Positions 9,038-18,107 of a DNA stretch of 32,000 nucleotides are shown here, one piece after another. The notes below the pieces were generated by a model. The model was not told the origin of the DNA, searched no databases, and worked only from the letters and a program-made list of their open reading frames with translations. Source of the stretch: Candidatus Nanopusillus acidilobi (GTDB lineage Archaea; Nanobdellota; Nanobdellia; Nanobdellales; Nanobdellaceae); the NCBI GenBank assembly GCA_001552015.1, contig CP010514.1, forward strand, positions 120,001 through 152,000, written 5' to 3'. The stretch's first letter is position 1. Every line of letters begins with the position of its first letter. Position numbers and translations under genes: made by a program.

Positions 9038-9733
9038 ATGGAAGAAGAAAAATATAATGGGATTCCAAGAATAGGTAGTAGATTTCCAGAAGTAGAAGTA
9101 CATACAACACACGGAAAAATAAAATTGCCAGATTACTATAAGGGAAAGTGGTTTATATTGTTTAGTCATCCAGCAGATTTTACACCAGTATGTACAACAG
9201 AATTTGTAGAATTTGCAAAAATGTATCCAAAGTTTAAAGAAATAGGTGTAGAATTAATAGGATTGTCAGTAGATCAGGTATATTCTCATATAAAATGGAT
9301 TGAGTGGATAAAGGAAAGGGCAGAAGCAGAAGTTCCATTTCCAATAATTGCAGATGATTTAGGAAAGTTAGCATCTATGTTAGGAATGTTACCAGAAAAT
9401 GGGGGTACAAATACTGTAAGAGCTGTATTTATTGTAGATCCAGAAGGAATTATAAGAGCAATATTATATTATCCACAAGAAGTTGGAAGAAATATTACAG
9501 AAATATATAGATTAGCATATGCATTACAAGTATCAGATAAAGAAAAAGTTGCATTACCTGCAAATTGGTATGCAGATAAATTAGAATGGAAACCTTCTAG
9601 TTTAATAGGAGATAAGGTAATATTACCAGCAGCACATTCAATTGAAAAAATGAAGGAAATAGAAGAAAAAGCTAAGAAAAAAGAAATAGAGATGTTGGAT
9701 TGGTGGTTTGCTTATAAAGAGCTAGAAAAATAG
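9038..9733 (+). CDS. Peroxiredoxin (Prx6/1-Cys-like archaeal thiol peroxidase)
   Basis: [44 protein letters not shown] contains the PVCTTE peroxidatic Cys motif. No C-terminal resolving Cys is visible. Confidence 0.85.
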   Translation: MEEEKYNGIPRIGSRFPEVEVHTTHGKIKLPDYYKGKWFILFSHPADFTPVCTTEFVEFAKMYPKFKEIGVELIGLSVDQVYSHIKWIEWIKERAEAEVPFPIIADDLGKLASMLGMLPENGGTNTVRAVFIVDPEGIIRAILYYPQEVGRNITEIYRLAYALQVSDKEKVALPANWYADKLEWKPSSLIGDKVILPAAHSIEKMKEIEEKAKKKEIEMLDWWFAYKELEK

Positions 9734-9735
9734 TC

Positions 9736-10479
9736 TTATTTTTTTGAATATTGTTTATACAATATTATAGAAAATAAATTTCCTATTGGTGTTACAAATT
9801 CTGAAGATATAAAGGAATTTAATAAAGAAAAATATACTGAATTATTATAGTATATTTGAATTATATAAGTTATTATTAATATAGAATCTATAAGAAAACT
9901 AAAAAGCAATATTAATGCAGAATCTTTTATTTTTATATTTCTCCACGATTCATATAAAGAATCATATATTGCTTTTTTCTTGAATACAACAATCATTGGA
10001 GAAAAGAATATTTTATTAAATAATATTATTAAAAGTAAAGAAAAAACAATAAATGATATTATATATATTATCTTAGATAATTGCATATTTATAACAAAAA
10101 AAGGGATTGAAATAAATATAGATATAAATAATGAAATTATAACAGAAATAAATACTGCTGCAACAGTTATTAAATATGTTAATAAGAAGGGAAAATAATT
10201 TTTTATTGATTTTTTTATAGATTTTAATATACTTTTTTCTTCTTCATAATAAAAATATATTGTTAATCTTGTAAATGTGTAAAATATTATAAAAAATATA
10301 ATAGATAAAAATAAATAAATTAGAAGATGTTCTAAATTTCCAAATAATTCATTTTTAGTATAATATAATGGTATTGATGGTATAAATAAAATCAAATATA
10401 TAAAAAAAATATCCTTAAAATTATTAAAATAAAAGGAAAAAGATTCCTTTAATGCTTCTTTATATTTCAATTGAGTCAC
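9736..10479 (-). CDS. Polytopic membrane protein, unknown function
   Basis: Several long Ile/Leu/Phe hydrophobic segments follow a short amphipathic N-terminus. The GTG start overlaps the upstream (minus-strand) hydrolase gene by 20 nt. Confidence 0.5.
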   Translation of the reverse strand: MTQLKYKEALKESFSFYFNNFKDIFFIYLILFIPSIPLYYTKNELFGNLEHLLIYLFLSIIFFIIFYTFTRLTIYFYYEEEKSILKSIKKSIKNYFPFLLTYLITVAAVFISVIISLFISIFISIPFFVINMQLSKIIYIISFIVFSLLLIILFNKIFFSPMIVVFKKKAIYDSLYESWRNIKIKDSALILLFSFLIDSILIITYIIQIYYNNSVYFSLLNSFISSEFVTPIGNLFSIILYKQYSKK

Positions 10480-11149
10480 CCGGATTTAATATTATTACAT
10501 TTGTATCTTTTGCTTTTTCTTTTAAAACTTCTGGTTTTGTTTCAATATTATAGAATGTATTATAATGCATTGGTATTACATTCTTTGGTTTTAAATATTC
10601 TATTGCAATTAAAGCTTGGTTAATATCCATTGTATAATGTCCTCCAATTGGTAATAAGGCAAGATCAATATTTCCAACAATTCTTGGTATTAATTTCATA
10701 TCTTCAAATACCATAGTATCACCAGCATGATATATTATCCTGTCATCAACTTTTATTACAAAACTACCTGGATTTCCTAGCCATAATATATTATCATTCT
10801 CATCGGTTATACTTGAAGTATGTACTGCAGGGAATAAATATATTTCTATATTGTTATGAACTGTTCTACCACCAAAATTTAATCCAGTTGTTTTTATTCC
10901 AAATTTTTCTAAATATTTAGCTATTTCAAAAACAGAAATTACTTTTATATCAGTATTTTGAGCTAATTCTATTGTATCACCTAAATGATCAAAATGTGCA
11001 TGTGTTACTAATATAATATCTATATCTTCTAAATCTGATTGTTCATATTTTGCCTTTGGATTTTGTTTAATAAATGGATCTATTAATATATTTCCATATG
11101 TACTCTTAATTAAAAAACAGGAATGTCCTATCCATTTTACATATACCAT
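10460..11149 (-). CDS. Metallo-beta-lactamase-fold hydrolase (UPF0173-like)
   Basis: KWIGHSCFLIK...ILIDPF...ILVTHAHFDHLGD carries the HxHxDH motif, and the overall length of about 229 aa is typical of UPF0173 metal-dependent hydrolases. Confidence 0.8.
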   Translation of the reverse strand: MVYVKWIGHSCFLIKSTYGNILIDPFIKQNPKAKYEQSDLEDIDIILVTHAHFDHLGDTIELAQNTDIKVISVFEIAKYLEKFGIKTTGLNFGGRTVHNNIEIYLFPAVHTSSITDENDNILWLGNPGSFVIKVDDRIIYHAGDTMVFEDMKLIPRIVGNIDLALLPIGGHYTMDINQALIAIEYLKPKNVIPMHYNTFYNIETKPEVLKEKAKDTNVIILNPGDSIEI

Positions 11150-11190
11150 AAATAAAATATATTTATTACATTTTAGAATATTTTTATAAT

Positions 11191-12504
11191 ATGTACATAA
11201 TTCCTTATATAATACTAATAATAATATTTGTAGAATTGTTATTGTCTATATATACTTTATTATTTCTATTATCTTATGATAAAGAAGAAATTAATTATGA
11301 GATAAAAGATTATCCAAAGGTATCAATAATTGTACCTGCATATAATGAAGGTAAAAATATAAAAAATACATTGGAAAGATTAATAGATTTAGAATATCCA
11401 AAGGATAAATTAGAAATAATTGTTGTAGATGATGGATCAAAGGATAATACATACGAAATAGCAAAAGAATATGAAGATAAATATAATTTTGTAAAGGTAT
11501 ATAAAAAGGAAAATGGTGGAAAATCTTCTGCATTAAATTATGGAATAAATAGATCTAGTGGAGAAATAATTGTTACATTAGATGCAGATTCTATTCCGGA
11601 AAAGGATTCTTTAATAAAAATGTTAAAATATATGTACTATTATAATGCGGATATTGTTGTTCCAGCAATCCAAACAATTAATACAAAAAAATTTATTGAA
11701 AAATATCAATATATTGATTATGCAATACATAATTTTTCCGGTATTGTTGTTGATACAATGAACTCTGTATTTATAGCATCTGGCCCATTTTCTGTATTTA
11801 AAAGATCAGTATTTGAAAAAATTGGATTATTTGATGAAAAAAATATAAGTGAAGATATGGAAATTGCATTGAGAGCTCAGAAAAATAATTTTAAAATAAA
11901 ATTTTGTCCAGAAACCGTTATAAAAACTGTTCCTCCAGACAATTTTAAATCATTATTAAGACAAAGAGTAAGATGGACACTTGGATTTATTGAAAATTAT
12001 ATAAAATATAGAGATATTGAAAATGAATATTTAAGAGAAGTTGTTTTTGGTATTAATATAATTTTATATATTTTATTACCATTAGCATTTTCAGTAATAT
12101 TATATACATATGGATATCAATTATATAACTTTCTAATATATTTATCTTCTGTAAATTATGATATATTATATTTTATAAAAAATTCTTTTTCTTTTAATAT
12201 TAATACATATATATTTCAATTGTTATCTACATCTCAATTGATTTTAATAATATTTTCAATTATTTTATTAATTGATTTCTTTCTTTTTATTAGTATATAT
12301 AGAAGATATGATAAATCAAAATCATGGTTATCAATAATTTATTATTCAATTATATATCTAATTTTTTCAATATACTTCAATGCAATTTTTATAATTGTAG
12401 CATTATATTATAAAATGTTTGGTAAAAATTTAAGATGGGGTGGAGTTGTATGGAATAATAGTTTAATAAATAAACTGTTAAATAAGAAATATGGACAAGC
12501 CTAA
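11191..12504 (+). CDS. Family-2 glycosyltransferase, processive synthase-like (membrane-embedded)
   Basis: An N-terminal TM segment is followed by VSIIVPAYNEG, IVVDDGSKDNT, TLDADS (DxD), SEDMEIALR and QRVRW (the QxxRW motif of processive beta-glycan synthases such as NodC/PgaC/chitin-synthase-like). Several C-terminal TM helices follow. Confidence 0.8.
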   Translation: MYIIPYIILIIIFVELLLSIYTLLFLLSYDKEEINYEIKDYPKVSIIVPAYNEGKNIKNTLERLIDLEYPKDKLEIIVVDDGSKDNTYEIAKEYEDKYNFVKVYKKENGGKSSALNYGINRSSGEIIVTLDADSIPEKDSLIKMLKYMYYYNADIVVPAIQTINTKKFIEKYQYIDYAIHNFSGIVVDTMNSVFIASGPFSVFKRSVFEKIGLFDEKNISEDMEIALRAQKNNFKIKFCPETVIKTVPPDNFKSLLRQRVRWTLGFIENYIKYRDIENEYLREVVFGINIILYILLPLAFSVILYTYGYQLYNFLIYLSSVNYDILYFIKNSFSFNINTYIFQLLSTSQLILIIFSIILLIDFFLFISIYRRYDKSKSWLSIIYYSIIYLIFSIYFNAIFIIVALYYKMFGKNLRWGGVVWNNSLINKLLNKKYGQA

Positions 12505-13150
12505 GAACATAATAGCAATAGCAGTAATAATATCCATACTATCATTTTTCTTAGGAATAATTTTGGGTTATTTATTATATCAATATTCATTTCAACAAAG
12601 TATATTACAAATTGATGAAATAAATTCTTTAGTAATTTCAGCTCAATATTTAGCAAGTTCCCAAAGTTTAGAATGCAATAGTAATTATTTATCTTTTTTA
12701 GAATATTTAAAATCCCAGATTGCTCAGATTGGACAGGAATTGACATATTTAGAATCAAACGAAAATATATATTATAATAAAGAAGAAGTAAGATATTTAA
12801 AATCCCAATATTTTAATATGGAATATTTACACTTTTTATTAACTAGAAAATATATAGAAGAATGTAATATAACAAATTTCACATTAATATTATATTTCTA
12901 TAATAATAAATATTGTGGAAGTGCATGTGATCAGGAAGGTAATATCTTAACATATTTATATGTACAAAATCAAAATAGTTTGTATATATATTCTTTTGAT
13001 TCAGGTTATCCAAATTATTTTATAAGTTATTATAATTTAAAGTATAATATTACTACCTGGCCATTTATTATTATATATAGATATAATGAAACATATACTA
13101 TTAGAGGATTTGCAAGTTTGGATGAATTGGAAGGTTATTTAACAAAATAA
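12491..13150 (+). CDS. Membrane-anchored hypothetical protein (single N-terminal TM, Cys-containing ectodomain)
   Basis: IIAIAVIISILSFFLGIILGYLL forms an anchor. The start overlaps the GT2 stop by 14 nt, suggesting translational coupling. No recognisable family. Confidence 0.45.
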   Translation: MDKPKNIIAIAVIISILSFFLGIILGYLLYQYSFQQSILQIDEINSLVISAQYLASSQSLECNSNYLSFLEYLKSQIAQIGQELTYLESNENIYYNKEEVRYLKSQYFNMEYLHFLLTRKYIEECNITNFTLILYFYNNKYCGSACDQEGNILTYLYVQNQNSLYIYSFDSGYPNYFISYYNLKYNITTWPFIIIYRYNETYTIRGFASLDELEGYLTK

Positions 13151-14448
13151 CTATTTACTCTATAAATATATATCTGGCAATTATTTGGATCTATATAAGA
13201 ATATATTAATGATATATTATAATCGTTTGGATTAAATGGAAAAGGTGTTCCACAATTTGGAGAATATATAATAAATTGAGGATAAACTCTTGGAATTAAA
13301 TATGTAGCATTATACATTATATAAACTTGGGAATTTGTATAATATGCAACCATTGGCCAAAAAACATTTGTTAATATTACTTTCGGATTATATTGTTTTA
13401 AGTATTCTGAAGCTCTATATACATAATTTAAATATGTATTTCCAATATTTGTATTATAATTTATTAAAAATGCTATACCATAATATATTGATATAATATT
13501 TAATAATGAAAATAGAAATAAATATGGAAATTGCAATCCCTTTATTTTATTAATAAATATCCTTGTTAATATTAAAAATGGAGGTAATGTCATTAAAATA
13601 TACCTTGCATCTTTTGATTTAACAAAAAATGCGAGAAATATTATTGATAATATTATATATAAATATATAGATCTATTATAGTTTTCAAGTTTCTTTGGGT
13701 TCTGTAATAAAGAAAATAGATATGCAGAAGAGAATATAAATAAATTAGATAAGAATAATGAAAGAGGTTGATAAGATGTATATGTATAGACAATTTCAGC
13801 CTGTTTAATAAAGATAAATATTGGATTATGATATAATATTAAATTATATAAAAAGTATGGGATTGAAAATAGAAAAGAATATAATATTGTTTTTAATTTA
13901 TCCTTATTTTTTAAAAAAATTATTGAAGAAATTAACCATAAACCATATTCATATTTTGTAAGAATTGATAAAACTGAAAATAATGAATATAAAACTAAAT
14001 TTCTTTCTCTATTATCTTTAAAGTATTTTATATAGAAATATATTGAAAAGATTAATAGAGAAGATGCTAAAACATCCGGATAAATTCTAGATGCCCAAAT
14101 TAAAAATAAACCATTTAATGAATAAAATAAAATCAAAATATAGTTTATATATTTATTATCATATTCTTCCAATATTTTATATAAAAATACTGTAGATAAA
14201 GAAAAAACAAAAATTAAAAATAATTTTATAAAAAATATATTGAAATTTGTAATATAAGAAATTGGAATTAATATCCACCATAATAATGGAAATCTATAAT
14301 ATTCAAAATATGGAGTATTTAATAATGCATGTTTTACATTATCTAAATATGAATATTCATCCCAAAATAATATTGGAGGAGATAATAATAAGATAATTAA
14401 TTGAGGTATAAATGATATAAGAAATATGTAAATATAATCTTTTTTCAT
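13135..14448 (-). CDS. Polytopic membrane protein, putative GT-C glycosyltransferase (ArnT/PMT-like)
   Basis: About 12 hydrophobic segments. The first loop contains FWDEYSY (the DE motif of the PMT_2/ArnT-type GT-C fold). It lacks the WWDYG motif of AglB/STT3. Its 3' end overlaps the convergent ORF by 16 nt. Confidence 0.5.
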   Translation of the reverse strand: MKKDYIYIFLISFIPQLIILLLSPPILFWDEYSYLDNVKHALLNTPYFEYYRFPLLWWILIPISYITNFNIFFIKLFLIFVFSLSTVFLYKILEEYDNKYINYILILFYSLNGLFLIWASRIYPDVLASSLLIFSIYFYIKYFKDNRERNLVLYSLFSVLSILTKYEYGLWLISSIIFLKNKDKLKTILYSFLFSIPYFLYNLILYHNPIFIFIKQAEIVYTYTSYQPLSLFLSNLFIFSSAYLFSLLQNPKKLENYNRSIYLYIILSIIFLAFFVKSKDARYILMTLPPFLILTRIFINKIKGLQFPYLFLFSLLNIISIYYGIAFLINYNTNIGNTYLNYVYRASEYLKQYNPKVILTNVFWPMVAYYTNSQVYIMYNATYLIPRVYPQFIIYSPNCGTPFPFNPNDYNISLIYSYIDPNNCQIYIYRVNSYFVK

Positions 14449-14610
14449 GAAAGATTATTATAATAATTCTTTTAAAATTTTTAGATAATAAAATGAATAC
14501 TTTTAATTATTTTAAAACCATGAATCAATGAACCTATATTTGTTTTATGAATTGCCATTAAAAATATGTAATCCTAAATCTTAAAAAAGGGTAAAAGATT
14601 ATTATGAATT

Positions 14611-16479
14611 ATGAAAACATTAATTATAAATTTAGATAATTTAGAATATAAAATTGTTGATATAGATTCTCAAGGTATTATTTCTTTAGGATTAAAAATA
14701 CATAATGAATATGAATCATGGAAAAAAGATGTTTATGATCCTTCAGTTCCCTTTATATTTGGTTTAGGTCCTTTTGTTGGAGGAAAATTATTTGGAGTTC
14801 ATAGAATGGTTGCAGTATTTAAAAGTCCATTAACAAAAACATTGCATTTTTCTTCAATTGGTGGTGTTGGGTTTAAATTTATGGGATCTGGAATTGATGA
14901 AATTGTAATTATTGGATATTCAAAAGAGCCTTCTGTAATTTTTATTTCTCCAAATAATGTAAAGATAGAACCTGTAAATTATGTAAATTCATATAAAAAT
15001 TATAAAGGTGTATACGCATTTTCAAGATATTTATTAGAAAAATATAATGATTTCTTTTCAAATTATAATGCAAGGGCAGTTGTTGTTGGAGAAGGATCTA
15101 TGTATACATATAATGGAAATTTATTTTCATTTGATATAATTAATGGTGAATTTAGAATTGGTTCTGAAGATTTTTCTGGAAGAGGTGGTGCAGGATCTTC
15201 ATTATTTAAAGGTCATAATATTTTAGGTATTGTTTCTGGCGGAAATTATAAATATAGATATGAAAAAGTAAATGATTTTCAATTAATAAATAAAATATTC
15301 TTAGAAAAATTTGGAAAAAGTTATATAGATGTTATTAATGAAAAGACAAAGAAATATAGATATGATCCAGAAACAGGATCTGGTGGAACTTTTGGAGAAA
15401 ATTATATATTATATAAAGAATTTTTACCTTTATTTGGATATAAATCAATATATTATCCAAAAGAATTAAGGAGAAAACATTATGAAAATATTATTGAATT
15501 ATTTTGGAAACCTTTCCAGGAAGAAGTATTTATAAAAAGTAAAACATGGTTTACATGTGGAGATTTATGTAATGTAGCATGTAAAAAGGTATATAAGGGT
15601 AAGAAAGTAGATTACGAACCTTTTCATTCTTTAGGTCCATTTATTGGTAATTATATATTTGAAGAAGCATTAAAATTAGTAGATATAGTAGATCAATATG
15701 GAATGGATGCAATTGAAATTGGATATTTAATTTCATGGTTATTTGATTTAATTGAAAACAAATTATTAGAACCTGGAGAAATTGGATTAAATGAATATCC
15801 AATATTTAATTTTGAGAATTTTGATCCAAAAAATGATTCATATAAAAATTCAAAAATTGCAGAAAAAATTATTGAAGGATTAATTAAGAAAAATAATGAA
15901 ATATTATCTTTAATATCTGAAAAGGGAATAAGAATATCTTCTAAAATATTAAATGAAAAATATAAGGAAAGAATTAAGGATAATAAATTCAATGATTATG
16001 TTGTATATGTATCTTTTGGAAATGATGGATATATAACTCCAAATTTATATTGGAGTCCAGGTATGGTTGCCCCAATGTATGTCTTAGGAAAATATTGGAC
16101 AGATTATTCAAATTCATTTGAAAGACCTGAAATTTTTGCAAGATTTTCATATGGTAGAGCAATAAATGAATCTTTATTAGAAGATTTAGGAATATGTAGA
16201 TTTTATAGGGGAGCTTATGAACCTGTATTAGATATATTATATAAGGAAATTACTGGAAAAGATTTGGATAAAAATTTATATAAGGAAATTGCTGAATATT
16301 CAATAAAAGCAAATGCAGAACCAGTTCTATGGGAAAGTAAAAGAGCAATGGATCTTGTATCTACAATGTGCAGAGAATTAAATTCTAATGATTGGAAATT
16401 TGAAAAATATGAAGATTATGTTGAATGGTGGAAGGAATTTAAAGAAAGTTTAGATAAATATTTAGGATTAAAAAATTAA
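14611..16479 (+). CDS. Aldehyde:ferredoxin oxidoreductase (AOR) family protein, divergent
   Basis: N-terminal domain blocks are present: DPSVPFIFGLGPFVG, FKSPLTKTLHFSSIGGVGFKFMGSGIDEIVIIG and SGRGGAGSS...GIVSGG. A Cys cluster TCGDLCNVAC and a late LGICRF are also present. Length of about 622 aa matches AOR enzymes. Confidence 0.7.
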   Translation: MKTLIINLDNLEYKIVDIDSQGIISLGLKIHNEYESWKKDVYDPSVPFIFGLGPFVGGKLFGVHRMVAVFKSPLTKTLHFSSIGGVGFKFMGSGIDEIVIIGYSKEPSVIFISPNNVKIEPVNYVNSYKNYKGVYAFSRYLLEKYNDFFSNYNARAVVVGEGSMYTYNGNLFSFDIINGEFRIGSEDFSGRGGAGSSLFKGHNILGIVSGGNYKYRYEKVNDFQLINKIFLEKFGKSYIDVINEKTKKYRYDPETGSGGTFGENYILYKEFLPLFGYKSIYYPKELRRKHYENIIELFWKPFQEEVFIKSKTWFTCGDLCNVACKKVYKGKKVDYEPFHSLGPFIGNYIFEEALKLVDIVDQYGMDAIEIGYLISWLFDLIENKLLEPGEIGLNEYPIFNFENFDPKNDSYKNSKIAEKIIEGLIKKNNEILSLISEKGIRISSKILNEKYKERIKDNKFNDYVVYVSFGNDGYITPNLYWSPGMVAPMYVLGKYWTDYSNSFERPEIFARFSYGRAINESLLEDLGICRFYRGAYEPVLDILYKEITGKDLDKNLYKEIAEYSIKANAEPVLWESKRAMDLVSTMCRELNSNDWKFEKYEDYVEWWKEFKESLDKYLGLKN

Positions 16480-16552
16480 TATTTATTTTCTATTTTATTT
16501 TATTTATTCTGATAACATATTTATATATAACTTTGTGATAAATATAATAATC

Positions 16553-18076
16553 ATGAAAATTGAAAAACCTGAAATACATTATAATGCTTTAGATGTATTA
16601 GCAAATCAAATTGTAGGAATGACTTTGGAATATGGAGAAGTCGATATTGATTTTGTTTGGAATACAATAAAAAGATCTTATATATATAAAGATTTAAAAT
16701 ATGATGAATTTTTAGAAATAATAAATTTCTTAGATTCAATAAAGATTTTAATATATGATAAAGAAAATAAAAAATTAATTAAGACAAGAAAAGGATTATT
16801 TTATTTTTTAGATAATATTTCAATGATACCTGATGAAAAATCATATGATGTATATGATATAACAACTGGTCAAAAAATTGGTATATTACATGAAGAATTT
16901 GTTGCAAAACATGGAAATCCTGGTACAATATTTATATTAAGGGGTTTACCATGGAAGATTGAAAAAGTTGAAAAAAATAAGATTTTAGTTGGATTAGAAA
17001 AAGATTTTGAATCTGCAATACCTTCATGGGAAGGTGAATTATTACCCGTTCCATTAGAAGTTGCACAGGAAGCACAAGAAATAAAAAGAGATTTATTAAA
17101 TTTTGATGAACTAAAAAATCAAGAATTATATTTTTATCCAAATAAGGATAATATTTATATTGAACAATATAGGGATTGGTTTATTATTCATTCTCCATTT
17201 GGAACTAAAATAAATGATGCATTATCAAGATTAATTTCTGAAATATTATCTGAAAAATATGGGATTGTTGTTGGGATAAAGACGGATCCATATAGGATAA
17301 TGTTAAAGGCTGGATATATTACAAAGGAAAATATTAAGGAAGTAATTGAAAATATTGATATAGATAATGTTGAAAATATATTGGAAAAGGCAATAGTTAA
17401 TACAGATCTATTTTTATGGAAATTTTCTCATGTTGCAAAAAGATTCGGAGTAATTAGAAAGGATGCAGATTATTCAAAATCTACTTTAAGAAGAATTTTA
17501 GATCATCTAATTAATACACCAGTATATAAAGAAACATTAAATGAATTATTTATTGAAAAATTGGATTTAAAGAATTTAAAAATGATATTAAAGAAAATAA
17601 AAGAAAGAAAAATAAAGGTAAATATTGTTGATATGGAAAATATATCACCTTTAGCAATTTTAGGATTGGAAGAATATGTATCTGATGTATTAATTTCTGA
17701 TAAATGGAGAGAAGTATTAAAATTGGTAAAAGAAAGAATTGAAAATACAGAATTAATATTTGTTTGTATGGCATGTGGAGCAAAATATAAAATAAAAGTA
17801 AAAGATTATGATGAAAAATTCAAATGCAAAAAATGTGGAGGTCAATATTTTGGTGTTGCAAAAAGTGAAAAAGATTTGGAAGATGAGAAAAAATTAAATA
17901 TAACTGCTGAACTATTAAAAAATTATGGTAAAAAATTTGTATTTATATATGCTGGTAAAGGTATAAGTTATTTATCTGCAAAGTTTTTATTAAAGAAGGA
18001 ATATAAAAATGAGGATGAATTGCTAATGAATATTATTGAATATGAAAAGAAGGGTATAAAGTTTGCAAAAAGATAA
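16553..18076 (+). CDS. Lhr-type large helicase, C-terminal half only (DEAD_assoc/WH-domain-4 region plus Zn ribbon)
   Basis: It begins with IHYNALDVLANQIVGM, the LDVLAQQ motif that follows the RecA2 domain in Lhr helicases, and ends with CMACGAKY...CKKCGG. There are no Walker A/B or DEAD/helicase-C motifs. The upstream neighbour is the complete AOR gene. I prefer ATG 16553 over the track's GTG 16535 because TTTATATA at 16520-16527 lies about 26 nt upstream of that ATG. Confidence 0.7.
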   Translation: MKIEKPEIHYNALDVLANQIVGMTLEYGEVDIDFVWNTIKRSYIYKDLKYDEFLEIINFLDSIKILIYDKENKKLIKTRKGLFYFLDNISMIPDEKSYDVYDITTGQKIGILHEEFVAKHGNPGTIFILRGLPWKIEKVEKNKILVGLEKDFESAIPSWEGELLPVPLEVAQEAQEIKRDLLNFDELKNQELYFYPNKDNIYIEQYRDWFIIHSPFGTKINDALSRLISEILSEKYGIVVGIKTDPYRIMLKAGYITKENIKEVIENIDIDNVENILEKAIVNTDLFLWKFSHVAKRFGVIRKDADYSKSTLRRILDHLINTPVYKETLNELFIEKLDLKNLKMILKKIKERKIKVNIVDMENISPLAILGLEEYVSDVLISDKWREVLKLVKERIENTELIFVCMACGAKYKIKVKDYDEKFKCKKCGGQYFGVAKSEKDLEDEKKLNITAELLKNYGKKFVFIYAGKGISYLSAKFLLKKEYKNEDELLMNIIEYEKKGIKFAKR

Positions 18077-18107
18077 TATTTTAAATTTTACTAAAAATTA
18101 AATCTTT

